Shown here one piece after another: positions 8,817-17,704 of a DNA stretch of 32,000 nucleotides. The DNA is taken from NCBI RefSeq assembly GCF_000025505.1, contig NC_013849.1, positions 1,050,001 through 1,082,000 on the forward strand, written 5' to 3'. Under the pieces are notes generated by a model. The model saw nothing but the letters and a program-made list of their open reading frames with translations. It made no database searches and was not told where the DNA came from. The number at the start of each line of letters is the position of its first letter. Positions within the stretch are counted from its first letter, which is position 1. This stretch comes from Ferroglobus placidus DSM 10642. Lineage in GTDB: Archaea; Halobacteriota; Archaeoglobi; Archaeoglobales; Archaeoglobaceae. The position numbers were made by a program, and so were the translations under genes.

Positions 8817-10060
8817 AACCCCACTCTCTTCCACTCGTAAAAAATCGTTTTCTGGTCGAAGTACCTGAAAGGTCTCCTGAGAAACTCTTCCTTGTTTTCC
8901 ACGGGAATACCTTTAGCTATCATGAACTGAATCAATCCGGAAAGTTTCAAATCCAAGAACGAGCCCGCTGACTGAAATCCCACGAGCCTTTTTCCGTCGA
9001 AGTAGGCAACTCTAACGAAATCTTCCCTCTTTAGAACGTGTTTTTCGTACTCTTCCGCTGCAGCTCCTATGGAGATCATTGGTGTCCTGATTTTCTTTAT
9101 CGTGCTGACTCTAATTCCCCCTCTATGCCTGACGTCCCTCCCAGCCATGTTCATTCCAGCAATTCTGCCTTGAGAAACAGCGTTAATCCAAGAACCTATG
9201 ACGCTGAACTTTCCGAAAACATCCTGAGCTTCAGCAACATCTCCAGCGGCAAAAACTCCCTCTCTTGAGGTCTCCATTCTTCTATCAACCACGATGCCAA
9301 TATTCGTTTTCACAAACTTTGAAAACTTCTCGGTGTTGGGTCTAACGCCAGTAGACAGAACAACAACATCAACCGGAAAATCTTCCCAGCCGCTCGTCGA
9401 AACCCCTTTAACTCTTTTTTCCCCGTAAAACTGCTCCACCCTTTCGGCGGTGTAAATTTTTATTCCCATCTCCTCGTACTCCTTCTTAACGAATTCGGCA
9501 ACTTCGAAATCAGCCACTCCCGGAAGAATTCTCTCCATAAGCTCAAAAACCGCCACTTCCAACCCCATTTCTTTTAAGCTCTGAGCAACTTCCAATCCGA
9601 TTGGACCGGCTCCAACAACGACAGCGTTTTTACAATTCTCTCTTCTGATGTAAGAAAGCAAATCATCCGCATCTTTCAAAGTCCAGAAAGTGAAAACTCC
9701 CTCAAGCTCAACTCCTCTTATCGGCGGTACGAAAGGCTTTGAGCCGGTGGCTATCAAAAGTTTGTCGTAATTCAAAAACCTCTCTTCCCCGCTTTCGAGA
9801 TCTCTGTAAACTACCTCTCTTTCCTCAACTTTTTCAACGAAGCCCAGCAAGAAATCAACTCTATTTTTCTTAAAAAATTCCTCCGATTTTATCTTTAAAT
9901 TCTCCAACCTCGCCTCTCCAGCCAAGTATTCTGCCAAATACACTCTCGTATACGGTTTCTCCGAAGAAATTACGGTTATCTTCCCCTCCTTATCAACACT
10001 CCTAATTCCCTCCACAGCAGACAATCCCGCTGCGCTTCCCCCGACGATGAGGTAGTCCAT
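8813..10060 (-). CDS. FAD-dependent pyridine nucleotide-disulfide oxidoreductase (AOR-associated, AorC-like)
   Basis: MDYLIVGGSAAGLSAVEGIR (FAD GxGxxG-like), NCKNAVVVGAGPIGLEVAQSLKEMGLEVAVFE (NAD), DVVVLSTGVRPNT, GVFAAGDVAE. Track ORF extends to 10072. Confidence 0.8.
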   Translation of the reverse strand: MDYLIVGGSAAGLSAVEGIRSVDKEGKITVISSEKPYTRVYLAEYLAGEARLENLKIKSEEFFKKNRVDFLLGFVEKVEEREVVYRDLESGEERFLNYDKLLIATGSKPFVPPIRGVELEGVFTFWTLKDADDLLSYIRRENCKNAVVVGAGPIGLEVAQSLKEMGLEVAVFELMERILPGVADFEVAEFVKKEYEEMGIKIYTAERVEQFYGEKRVKGVSTSGWEDFPVDVVVLSTGVRPNTEKFSKFVKTNIGIVVDRRMETSREGVFAAGDVAEAQDVFGKFSVIGSWINAVSQGRIAGMNMAGRDVRHRGGIRVSTIKKIRTPMISIGAAAEEYEKHVLKREDFVRVAYFDGKRLVGFQSAGSFLDLKLSGLIQFMIAKGIPVENKEEFLRRPFRYFDQKTIFYEWKRVGL

Positions 10061-10083
10061 GAGGAACACCAAAAAACGAAAAA

Positions 10084-10563
10084 TTATCTTTTCACTTGCC
10101 TTACCGCTTCGAGGTACCTCTCTATCGACTTCTTCTTTATTTTCTGATCAGCCTCTCTTACGTCAACCCAGTCTATCGCCTTCGTCTTGCAGAACTTAAC
10201 GCACATGGGATCGCCGTTGCAGAGGTCGCACTTTATCGTCTTTCCCGTCACCGGATCTACCAATGCTCCTCCTATCGGACAAGCCAGAACGCAGCTCCTG
10301 CACCCCATGCACTTGTCGTAGTCTATTATCTTAGCCCCAGTCTTCGGATCTTCGTAGATTGCCGAAACCGGACAGACCGCCATGCATACCGGATCTTCGC
10401 ACTGCACGCAAACCGTGGGTAGCTCCAAAGCATTTAACGGATCTCTGATAACCACGATTCTCGATCTGTAGGGGTTAATGACTCCTTCATGGCTCAAAGA
10501 GCAAACGAGTTCGCAGTCCCTACAGCCGGTACACTTGTCCGGGTCTATAACGAACATCTTCAT
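10084..10563 (-). CDS. Polyferredoxin-like 4Fe-4S electron-transfer subunit (AorA/HycB-like)
   Basis: CTGCRDCELVC, CVQCEDPVCMAVCP, CMGCRSCVLACP, CDLCNGDPMCVKFC: four cysteine clusters. Confidence 0.85.
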   Translation of the reverse strand: MKMFVIDPDKCTGCRDCELVCSLSHEGVINPYRSRIVVIRDPLNALELPTVCVQCEDPVCMAVCPVSAIYEDPKTGAKIIDYDKCMGCRSCVLACPIGGALVDPVTGKTIKCDLCNGDPMCVKFCKTKAIDWVDVREADQKIKKKSIERYLEAVRQVKR

Positions 10564-12459
10564 TCACTCCACCTCCGGGAAGTTGGGCTTCGGCTTCTCA
10601 ATCCCAAGCCTCTTCAGCGTTTCCTCCTTTGGAACTCCGTTTTCGTCCCAGCCGTGCTGTTTGTAGTATTCCTGAAGCATCATCTCGTACTTATCTCTGT
10701 CGAGCTTCCTTCCCCTCATGAACGGCAAACCTCTCGGAGCTGGCTCTTTGAAGTACCTCTCGTAGGGATAGTCGTCCTTCTTGCTCATTCCGTTCATGAG
10801 GTTGAACAGTCTCTCCATCGTGTAGTTCCTCTCACCGATCGTTATGAGGTCCTCCTTCGTGAACTCCAAGCCTGTGGCGTAGTAGATTATCTTCACGTAC
10901 TCGTCGTAGGAAGGAGCGTGAGGAGCGTTGAAAACCGAGTGGAACTTGCATATTCCAAGGCTGTCAACAACGTTGAAGTAAACTTCGTACCACCAAACCA
11001 AGATTCCTTTTGTTTCGTAGGCTGTGAAGTCGTTTTCGATTTCGTAGCCAATAAGCTTCTTCAGAAAGTCCTTAGGAAGCTGGAAGAGGTCTATAGCCGG
11101 TCTGCTTCTTAAGTGATCAGCCCCCCTCGTCGAGGTGGCTATTCCCAGAGCGAAGCTCGGAATTCCTCTTTCATCGGTATGCAGGTTAGGCTGACCCTTC
11201 ACGTGGTTGAGGTAGTAAGCCGTCTCTTCTCCGAGAGCTTTTATAGCTTCTTTAGGACCTCTCGCCAAAATGTCGCCAATGCCTTCTCTGTTGACGATCA
11301 TTTCTGCAAGCCTCAAAACAGCATCTCTGTCACCCCATTCGAGTTTAAATCCTACATCTTCTTCAGTCAAATAGCCACGCTGATACAGCTCGAAAGCCCA
11401 AGCCATCATGGCTCCGAGGGACAGGTTATCGATTCCCCACTTGTTGCACAGCTCATTCCCCTTTATCACGAACTCCCAGTCGTAAACTCCTACAAGCGTA
11501 CCAAAAGTTCCCATCATCGTGTATTCCGGACCTTCGTTTACTAAACCAGCGTACTTCCCTTTCTCTATCTTCACTCTGTGCCTGCAGTGAACCGAGCAAC
11601 CTATGCATGCCGTATGCTTGACGTTGTACTCAAGCAGGTTTTCCGCTTCCAAAGGCTTGCCCTCCTCTCCCGGAGTGTTGAACTGCCAGTTTAGAGTGCC
11701 TATAAAGCCCGTTGTGTATGAGACGTCGTAAAGTAGAGGAGTGCCGAGCTTGCTCAGCGTTTTAGCCCACTTCGTGCTTAGAATTTGCTTGTTAAGCTCC
11801 ATGCAGTACTCTACGAATTTGTCGACGTCGTAAACCTCCAAGTCCATTCCACCGCTCGCAGCTATAGCCTTCAGATTCTTGCTCCCCATTACAGCTCCAG
11901 TTCCTCCTCTACCTCCGGCATTCTTCACGTTGTTCATCACGTTAGCGAAAGCGACCATGTTCTCTCCAGCCTTCCCTATTACCATGCATTCCGCTCTGTC
12001 GTCGCCGAGCTCTTCTTTAATCTCCCTCTGAGTTTCGTAGGTGTCAAGCCCCCAGAGGTGGGATGCATCTCTAATCTCCACTTCACCGTCCCTAACGTAC
12101 AAGTAAACGGGCTTTTCAGCTCTACCTCTGATTATTATGTGATCGATTCCCGCAAACCTTAACTCAGCTCCGAAAGCCCCACCCATGTTTGCATCTCCAA
12201 CTCCGCCGGTTAGAGGGCTTTTTGCCGCTATGTGGGTTCTCGAAGCTCCTAAAGCCGGCATTCCACAGAGCAAACCTACGCCAACGGCTAAGATGTTCTC
12301 AGGATCGAAGGGTTTCACTTCCGGAGGAACGTTGTTGTAAATGTAATACCAGTTCAGCCCCCTCCCACCGAGGTGCTTCTTCCTAAGCTCCCTCGGAATG
12401 TCCCGAATTACTACCTTCTCCTTGCTCAAATCTACGAAAGCAACCTTTCTGCTCAGCAT
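10564..12459 (-). CDS. aor: Tungsten-containing aldehyde:ferredoxin oxidoreductase family protein
   Basis: 631 aa; KHLGGRGLNWYYIYN, KSPLTGGVGDANMGGAFGAELRFAGIDHIIIRGRAEKPVYLYV, ACIGCSVHCRHR, TRGADHLR, DSLGICKF. Confidence 0.9.
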   Translation of the reverse strand: MLSRKVAFVDLSKEKVVIRDIPRELRKKHLGGRGLNWYYIYNNVPPEVKPFDPENILAVGVGLLCGMPALGASRTHIAAKSPLTGGVGDANMGGAFGAELRFAGIDHIIIRGRAEKPVYLYVRDGEVEIRDASHLWGLDTYETQREIKEELGDDRAECMVIGKAGENMVAFANVMNNVKNAGGRGGTGAVMGSKNLKAIAASGGMDLEVYDVDKFVEYCMELNKQILSTKWAKTLSKLGTPLLYDVSYTTGFIGTLNWQFNTPGEEGKPLEAENLLEYNVKHTACIGCSVHCRHRVKIEKGKYAGLVNEGPEYTMMGTFGTLVGVYDWEFVIKGNELCNKWGIDNLSLGAMMAWAFELYQRGYLTEEDVGFKLEWGDRDAVLRLAEMIVNREGIGDILARGPKEAIKALGEETAYYLNHVKGQPNLHTDERGIPSFALGIATSTRGADHLRSRPAIDLFQLPKDFLKKLIGYEIENDFTAYETKGILVWWYEVYFNVVDSLGICKFHSVFNAPHAPSYDEYVKIIYYATGLEFTKEDLITIGERNYTMERLFNLMNGMSKKDDYPYERYFKEPAPRGLPFMRGRKLDRDKYEMMLQEYYKQHGWDENGVPKEETLKRLGIEKPKPNFPEVE

Positions 12460-12467
12460 TCTCTCAC

Positions 12468-12608
12468 CTACGCCGGACCTTGAACTTTGGGCTGATCCTC
12501 ATCAACCCAAGAAATTCTCCACTTAGCTCCGCAGTGGGGACATTCAGCAACCTCAGCTCCCTTCGGGACCTCAAACCTCTGCCTACAATTCAAACATCGA
12601 GCTTGCAT
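12468..12608 (-). CDS. 46-aa zinc-ribbon protein (absent from supplied ORF track)
   Basis: MQARCLNCRQRFEVPKGAEVAECPHCGAKWRISWVDEDQPKVQGPA*; two CxxC pairs; RBS GGGGTGATGG upstream; fits between SDR and AOR genes. Confidence 0.7.
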   Translation of the reverse strand: MQARCLNCRQRFEVPKGAEVAECPHCGAKWRISWVDEDQPKVQGPA

Positions 12609-12612
12609 TCCA

Positions 12613-13365
12613 TCACCCCACTGTGGTGTAACCTCCGCTAACGCTCAAAACCTGCCCGGTGATAAAGTCGGATTTGTCTGAAGCGAAGAAGAGAACGGCG
12701 TTAGCCACATCCTCCGGCAAACCGAGCCTTCCTCTCGGATAAGCTTTTACGAGCTTTTCCTCCCCTCCAACGCTCTTCAAAAATTCTTCAACTCCCGGCG
12801 TTTTGGTTATTCCCGGAGAGACACAATTAACCGTTATGTTGTACCTCGCAACCTCCTTAGCCAGAGCTTTGCTAAAAGCGATTATAGCTCCCTTAGCTCC
12901 GGAGTAAACCGCTAAGAACGGCTCGCCAATTCTTCCAGCGTCGCTCACTATGTTTATTATCCTCCCGTACTTCTTCTCAATCATGTCCTTTATCACAGCA
13001 TGAGTGCAGTGAAGAACTCCGTAGAAGCATATTTTTATGTCCTTCTCCCAGTCTTCGGGCGTGGTGTCTTTGAAGAGCTTAGTAGTCCAGTAACCGGCGT
13101 TGTTGACGAGAATGTCCACAGTTCCGTAAACTTTCTTTATTTCCTCCACCATCCTCTTAACGTCCTCGTAATTCGTAACATCCGCTCTTATTCCGTAAGC
13201 CTCACCTCCGGATGCTTTTATTTCCTCGGCAGCCTTCTTCGCTCCTTCCTCGCTTATGTCGTTGATTACAACTTTAGCCCCCTCCTTAGCGAAAGCCTCA
13301 GCTATAGCTCTGCCTATACCTCTGGCAGCTCCGGTTACGAGCACAACCTTGCCCTCGAACTCCAT
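12613..13365 (-). CDS. Short-chain dehydrogenase/reductase
   Basis: VTGAARGIGRAIAEAFAKEG, NNAG, GRIINIVSDAG...YSGAKGAIIAFSKALAKE (Ser/Tyr-xxx-Lys), GQVLSVSGGYT. Confidence 0.9.
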   Translation of the reverse strand: MEFEGKVVLVTGAARGIGRAIAEAFAKEGAKVVINDISEEGAKKAAEEIKASGGEAYGIRADVTNYEDVKRMVEEIKKVYGTVDILVNNAGYWTTKLFKDTTPEDWEKDIKICFYGVLHCTHAVIKDMIEKKYGRIINIVSDAGRIGEPFLAVYSGAKGAIIAFSKALAKEVARYNITVNCVSPGITKTPGVEEFLKSVGGEEKLVKAYPRGRLGLPEDVANAVLFFASDKSDFITGQVLSVSGGYTTVG

Positions 13366-13379
13366 AGCATCACCTAACG

Positions 13380-13390
13380 TTACATTGTAA
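13380..13390. promoter_or_regulatory. Putative operator TTACATTGTAA upstream of the SDR-AOR unit, next to TATA-like TATTTAAAA (about 13397-13405)
   Basis: Identical 11-bp near-palindrome to 7787-7797, located between the TATA-like element and the expected start of transcription on the minus strand. Confidence 0.5.
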
Positions 13391-13471
13391 AATAACTATT
13401 TAAAATTAACTCAACAAAGTAAAGTTAAGTCGAACCGAGGGTTTTTAAAACGGAAAGCTTATCTCCGTTTA

Positions 13472-14356
13472 ATGAAGGGTGAGCTTAAAGGGGGTTACGT
13501 GGAGTTGAATTTCTCCCAGAGATTGTATTCGAGAAATTTCGGGAGAAGAGAAAACTCCAAACTCATGCTAACTTTGGAGGAGTCTTCATACTTGATGTCA
13601 AAGGGAACGCTTGAAGTTTACGAAAAGGGAAGAAAAGTCGAGCTTCCCGAGCTTTTAAAGAGAGCGAAACTGACAGAATACTTCGTTTTCGAAAGACTGA
13701 GAGAAAGTGGGAAGAAAGTGAGATTCGGGGAGTTCGACGATTACGTGCCAGTTTCCGAAAGAGAGGTTTTGAGTTTCGAAGATCTGGAAAAGTTTGCCGA
13801 AAAGAGGCTTGCTGTTGTTGATGAGGAGAGCGACGTAACTTTTTACAGAATTTCGAGGTTCGACGATTTTGGGAGACATGAAGAAAAGCTGAGGGAAGTT
13901 AGAGGGTTTCTCTGCGGGGAGAGGGTGATAGTTGAAGACGTCGAAATCTTCAGAAAGTACTTTTACGGAACGGAAAAAAGCGGTTACGTGGCTTTGTCTC
14001 TCGTAGAATCGCTTTACCTCCTCGAAAAGGGTTTCTTGATCATGGACGAAGAGGAGGCTGAAGAGCTTAGATCTGCTGTTGACGAAAACCTCTACGAAGT
14101 TTACAGAGACTTGAGGGAGAGAAGGTTCATGGTAAAAACCGGATTTAAGTTCGGAAGCGACTTCAGGGTTTACGAGGCTGTTAGGAGCGTAAAAGAGCTT
14201 ACCCACTCAAAGTACCTCGTGAAGTTGAGAGAAGAGGTGAGCATGAGAGAATTAGCCGGCGACACAAGACTTGCTCAAAGCGTGAGAAAGAAGATGATTT
14301 ACGCTAAAGTCAACGGAAAGCCGAGGTATCTAATCGTGGAGAGGGTGAGAATTTAA
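13472..14356 (+). CDS. endA: tRNA-splicing endonuclease, two-domain homodimeric type
   Basis: KTGFKFGSDFRVY, LTHSKYLVKL, LAQSVRKKMIYAKV: catalytic Tyr/His/Lys context; ~295 aa tandem-domain length. Confidence 0.85.
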   Translation: MKGELKGGYVELNFSQRLYSRNFGRRENSKLMLTLEESSYLMSKGTLEVYEKGRKVELPELLKRAKLTEYFVFERLRESGKKVRFGEFDDYVPVSEREVLSFEDLEKFAEKRLAVVDEESDVTFYRISRFDDFGRHEEKLREVRGFLCGERVIVEDVEIFRKYFYGTEKSGYVALSLVESLYLLEKGFLIMDEEEAEELRSAVDENLYEVYRDLRERRFMVKTGFKFGSDFRVYEAVRSVKELTHSKYLVKLREEVSMRELAGDTRLAQSVRKKMIYAKVNGKPRYLIVERVRI

Positions 14357-14918
14357 TTTCGAATTCCCTCCACTTATCAGCCGTTAATACTATCGGAAAA
14401 TTGAACCTCCTTTTTAGAACGATCCATTTCCCTTTAAGTTCAACCTCCGAAAAATCTTCCCATTCATTCAGAATTGACCTTCCGTCAACTATTCCCTCTT
14501 TACAAATTACTATTCTCGTGTTCGCTGATGCTGGAAGTAAGCAGAAAAGTAAAAGCAAATTCAGTATCAATATGAAATAAATCGAACTTTGAACCAAAAA
14601 GAAGATCGATAATAAGGAAAGGGACAAAACCGAGAGAAGATAAGTTCTCGAACACAAAAGGAGAGCCTTAAAAACTTCTCGAAATTTCATTTCAACTTCC
14701 GCTACTTTTTCAATTTCAACTTTTTTCACATTTTTCGCCAGAAAAACCAGAGGAATTCTTAAGGCAACGTAAATGGAAATAAAAAAGAGAGCAAATGCGA
14801 TAAGCGGGAATTCGAAGATTTGGATTAGAAAAGCCGTAAAAATGAGAACGGAAAAGAAAATAGCCACCAAAGCTGAACTCTTCTTCGAACGTCTGTAAAC
14901 TAAAGCGTACGAGTTCAC
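14310..14918 (-). CDS. Membrane protein of unknown function encoded with the ABC transporter
   Basis: 202 aa with two hydrophobic pairs; start overlaps the end of the permease gene; 3' end overlaps endA by 47 nt. Confidence 0.55.
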   Translation of the reverse strand: MNSYALVYRRSKKSSALVAIFFSVLIFTAFLIQIFEFPLIAFALFFISIYVALRIPLVFLAKNVKKVEIEKVAEVEMKFREVFKALLLCSRTYLLSVLSLSLLSIFFLVQSSIYFILILNLLLLFCLLPASANTRIVICKEGIVDGRSILNEWEDFSEVELKGKWIVLKRRFNFPIVLTADKWREFEIKFSPSPRLDTSAFR

Positions 14919-16291
14919 CTCAAATCCACCTCTTCGGCGTACTTCTCCAAGATCTTCAAACCAAAAAGCGGGAATAGTAGTGTTACGAAGGAAAACTGAC
15001 CAAAGAAAACGAGAACTGCCGCGAAGAGAGAAACTACCAGTAAAATCAGGAAAAAGTAGAATATTGCCGCGCTTTCCGCCATTGCTCTGCTTTCCTGCAT
15101 GCCCACGAACTTCACGCTTACTCTCATCTTGGAAGAAATCTTAACCGCTAAAAGAGAGCAAACGACGGAAAGAGAGGCAACGAGGGATACTAAAGGAATT
15201 ACTATGCCAAAAGAGTTAACGAACGGAAAGAAGAACGCATACACCGGAAGCATTACGAGCATGCCGCTAAGAAATGTCTTCAGAAGCGTGATTTTTGCGA
15301 ATTCGCCGACCGAATTGTTAATTCTGTAAAACCACAGAACTGAGGCTTCCTGCAGCGCGTAGAATTCCATTATGCTTACAACGAAGAGAGCGAAATAGAC
15401 TACGAAGAACCCCGGAAATTTAAAAGAAGTCGAGCTGGCGATAAATTTTCCGGCTGCAAACGTGAAAATTGCGAAGAGCGGTGCGTAGATTAGCTTTGTT
15501 CTTCTCAACTCCAAAAGCGTTTTCGTTAAAATTCCCTCTACGCGCTCGCTCCTGACGTTGGATTTGGGAAGATAATGAAAGATTTCTACATCCACCCGAA
15601 CTCTGCCAGAAACAACGACGAGGAGAGAAAAGGAGAAAATAAAGGCTAAGGCGAAAGGTAGCAAATTTAACGACGTGTAACAGCTGTGAATAGCATCAAC
15701 CACCACGTAGAAGAGTAAAGAGGCGGTCATTCTACCCGTGAAGAGATCGATGAGAGAAAGGAGAGAAAGTACGATCAAAGCACTTCTCAATCCGAGCAAC
15801 TTTAAAGCCGAAGATACGGCTGAGATGTAAGCTAAACCGAAGAAGAGAAGGGAATACGCTAAAATTGCGGAAAGCAAGTTTCCGGAGATGTAAGTTAACA
15901 GGTAAAAAGGCAAGAAAATTGGAATCGAGAATTTCAAAAATATGAAGACCTCTGAGACGATTCTGCCGAGCAGGAAGTCTCTAACGCTTACCGGATAAAG
16001 AAAGACCGGATATTGCTCCTTAAAAACGATTATCCTCCCCTGCGTCCGAGCAGCACCCACGAATATTAAAGCGGATGTTATTGACGACAAAATCCTTTTC
16101 AGCTCTTCCAGAGAGACAAAGCTCGTCACCAACTTGTATACTTCAACGATGACGCCCTTATCGAACGGAAGAAACATGGAGGGAACGAAAGTGAGAAGAA
16201 TCAATAAATCTACGACAAGCAGATACTTATGAACTCTGTAAGCCTTGATCTGGTTTACGATTAAGACTCTCGCAACGCTGAGGAATTTCAC
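14915..16291 (-). CDS. ABC-2-like transporter permease
   Basis: 458 aa with many hydrophobic segments, directly downstream of and overlapping the ATPase gene. Confidence 0.65.
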   Translation of the reverse strand: MKFLSVARVLIVNQIKAYRVHKYLLVVDLLILLTFVPSMFLPFDKGVIVEVYKLVTSFVSLEELKRILSSITSALIFVGAARTQGRIIVFKEQYPVFLYPVSVRDFLLGRIVSEVFIFLKFSIPIFLPFYLLTYISGNLLSAILAYSLLFFGLAYISAVSSALKLLGLRSALIVLSLLSLIDLFTGRMTASLLFYVVVDAIHSCYTSLNLLPFALAFIFSFSLLVVVSGRVRVDVEIFHYLPKSNVRSERVEGILTKTLLELRRTKLIYAPLFAIFTFAAGKFIASSTSFKFPGFFVVYFALFVVSIMEFYALQEASVLWFYRINNSVGEFAKITLLKTFLSGMLVMLPVYAFFFPFVNSFGIVIPLVSLVASLSVVCSLLAVKISSKMRVSVKFVGMQESRAMAESAAIFYFFLILLVVSLFAAVLVFFGQFSFVTLLFPLFGLKILEKYAEEVDLR

Positions 16292-16977
16292 TTTACCACC
16301 TCTAAGAAAAAGCGTTCAAGTTCGTCGATCTCGTTAATATCGACTTCCGCAACAAGTTTTCCCTTGGATATTACTCCAACTCTATCGCAGAACTTCTCCA
16401 CCTCGGAAAGCTGGTGAGTGGAGATTAAAGCAGTAGCTTTCATCCTCCTTATTTCTTTCTTAAATACGTGCTGCGACTCCGGATCCATGTTCGCCATCGG
16501 CTCGTCCATTATCAGAATTTCCGGCTCGTGAAGAAAAGCTACGCAAGCTGCGAGCTTTTGAACCATTCCCTTCGACATGCCAGCTACGATCTTATCCTCT
16601 TCCAAAGAAAAGACGTCGAGGAGGTGTTCGATTCTGTCTTCGTAATCTTTAAGCCCCCTAAGTTTTGCCGAGTAAATCAGAACTTCCTTGGCTGTCAAAT
16701 ACGGAAAGAGAATCGGCTCCTCGGGAATGTAGCCGACTTTTTTCATAACTTCCGCTCTATTTTTCACGTTCACTCCGTCGATTTTTGCAACGCCTCCGTC
16801 TGGCTTAAGCAAACCCACGAGGATTTTCAGAGTCGTGCTTTTCCCAGCTCCGTTTGGACCAAGCAAGGCGTAAACTTCTCCACGCTTTACTCTGAACGTC
16901 AGTCCATCTAATGCCTTTGTCTTTCCGAAATTCTTTTTTAAATCGATAACTTCTACCGCAAACACTAACGAGCTCAA
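16288..16977 (-). CDS. ABC transporter ATP-binding protein
   Basis: LLGPNGAGKSTTLKIL (Walker A), GMSKGMVQKLA signature, EILIMDEPMANMD (Walker B), ISTHQ. Confidence 0.9.
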   Translation of the reverse strand: MSSLVFAVEVIDLKKNFGKTKALDGLTFRVKRGEVYALLGPNGAGKSTTLKILVGLLKPDGGVAKIDGVNVKNRAEVMKKVGYIPEEPILFPYLTAKEVLIYSAKLRGLKDYEDRIEHLLDVFSLEEDKIVAGMSKGMVQKLAACVAFLHEPEILIMDEPMANMDPESQHVFKKEIRRMKATALISTHQLSEVEKFCDRVGVISKGKLVAEVDINEIDELERFFLEVVK

Positions 16978-17030
16978 CAGAAATGTATAAAATTTTTATG
17001 AAATTATTGAACTACCTTCTTTTCAACAAC

Positions 17031-17669
17031 TTACCCCCTCAAAATTTGGTAGAGAATCGCTTCGACCTCTCCGAGCTTGTCAGCCATGCTCTTTATTTCT
17101 TCAAAGCTGAGCTCTCCCTTCTTTTCGAATGTCGCGTCGACGAACATGCCTTCGCTGATAACATTTCCAAACTTTCTTGGTGGCAAGTAGCTAACAACAA
17201 CACTCTCCGAATTCGCAAGTTTTTCCGAGTTCGTGACGACGTTAAATCTCTTTCCACAATCAACGACGCAAAGCCAGAGCTTGTCGGATATTTTGCTTGC
17301 CGAAATTACATCTCCAGAAAAGTATCTCACTGCAAATCCGATTTTGTCGATCTCACCTCTCTTAAACAGATCCGGGAGGGAAATAAGATAGTTGAGCCAG
17401 TACTCTGCAATTTTCCTGTTAAAATCCTCCTCGGCTTTCTGCAAAGCGTTGAGGATTTCCTCAGAAGTTCTAACGATGCTCTCACTAGCCTTAGCGAGTT
17501 CGTCAGGAGGCATGTAGGAGTACTTCAAAACCTGCAACTCGTTTTTAATCTTTCCAGCTAAACCAGCAAGCTCCTTTCTTTTCTGAACCTTAACATTCTG
17601 CAAAGCTTTTTCCAACTCCAACGCACCTCTTTCAGCTATGAGAATTCTGAAGTCGTTTGCAGTGTCCAT
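17031..17669 (-). CDS. Protein with C-terminal tRNA-binding (EMAPII/CsaA-like OB) domain
   Basis: IGFAVRYFSGDVISASKISDKLWLCVVDCGKRFNVVTNSEKLANSESVVVSYLPPRKFGNVISEGMFV. Confidence 0.55.
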   Translation of the reverse strand: MDTANDFRILIAERGALELEKALQNVKVQKRKELAGLAGKIKNELQVLKYSYMPPDELAKASESIVRTSEEILNALQKAEEDFNRKIAEYWLNYLISLPDLFKRGEIDKIGFAVRYFSGDVISASKISDKLWLCVVDCGKRFNVVTNSEKLANSESVVVSYLPPRKFGNVISEGMFVDATFEKKGELSFEEIKSMADKLGEVEAILYQILRG

Positions 17670-17704
17670 GCCCTAAATTAAGCGAAGCTGTTATAACTCT
17701 TATG

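Noticed and set aside
10489-12162. Several + strand ORFs (10489-11112, 11113-11544, 11785-12162)
   Set aside because: Antisense to AOR and ferredoxin genes that have clear family motifs; no recognisable domains.
13655-14206. 183-aa minus-strand ORF
   Set aside because: Antisense to endA; composition typical of a reverse-complement shadow.
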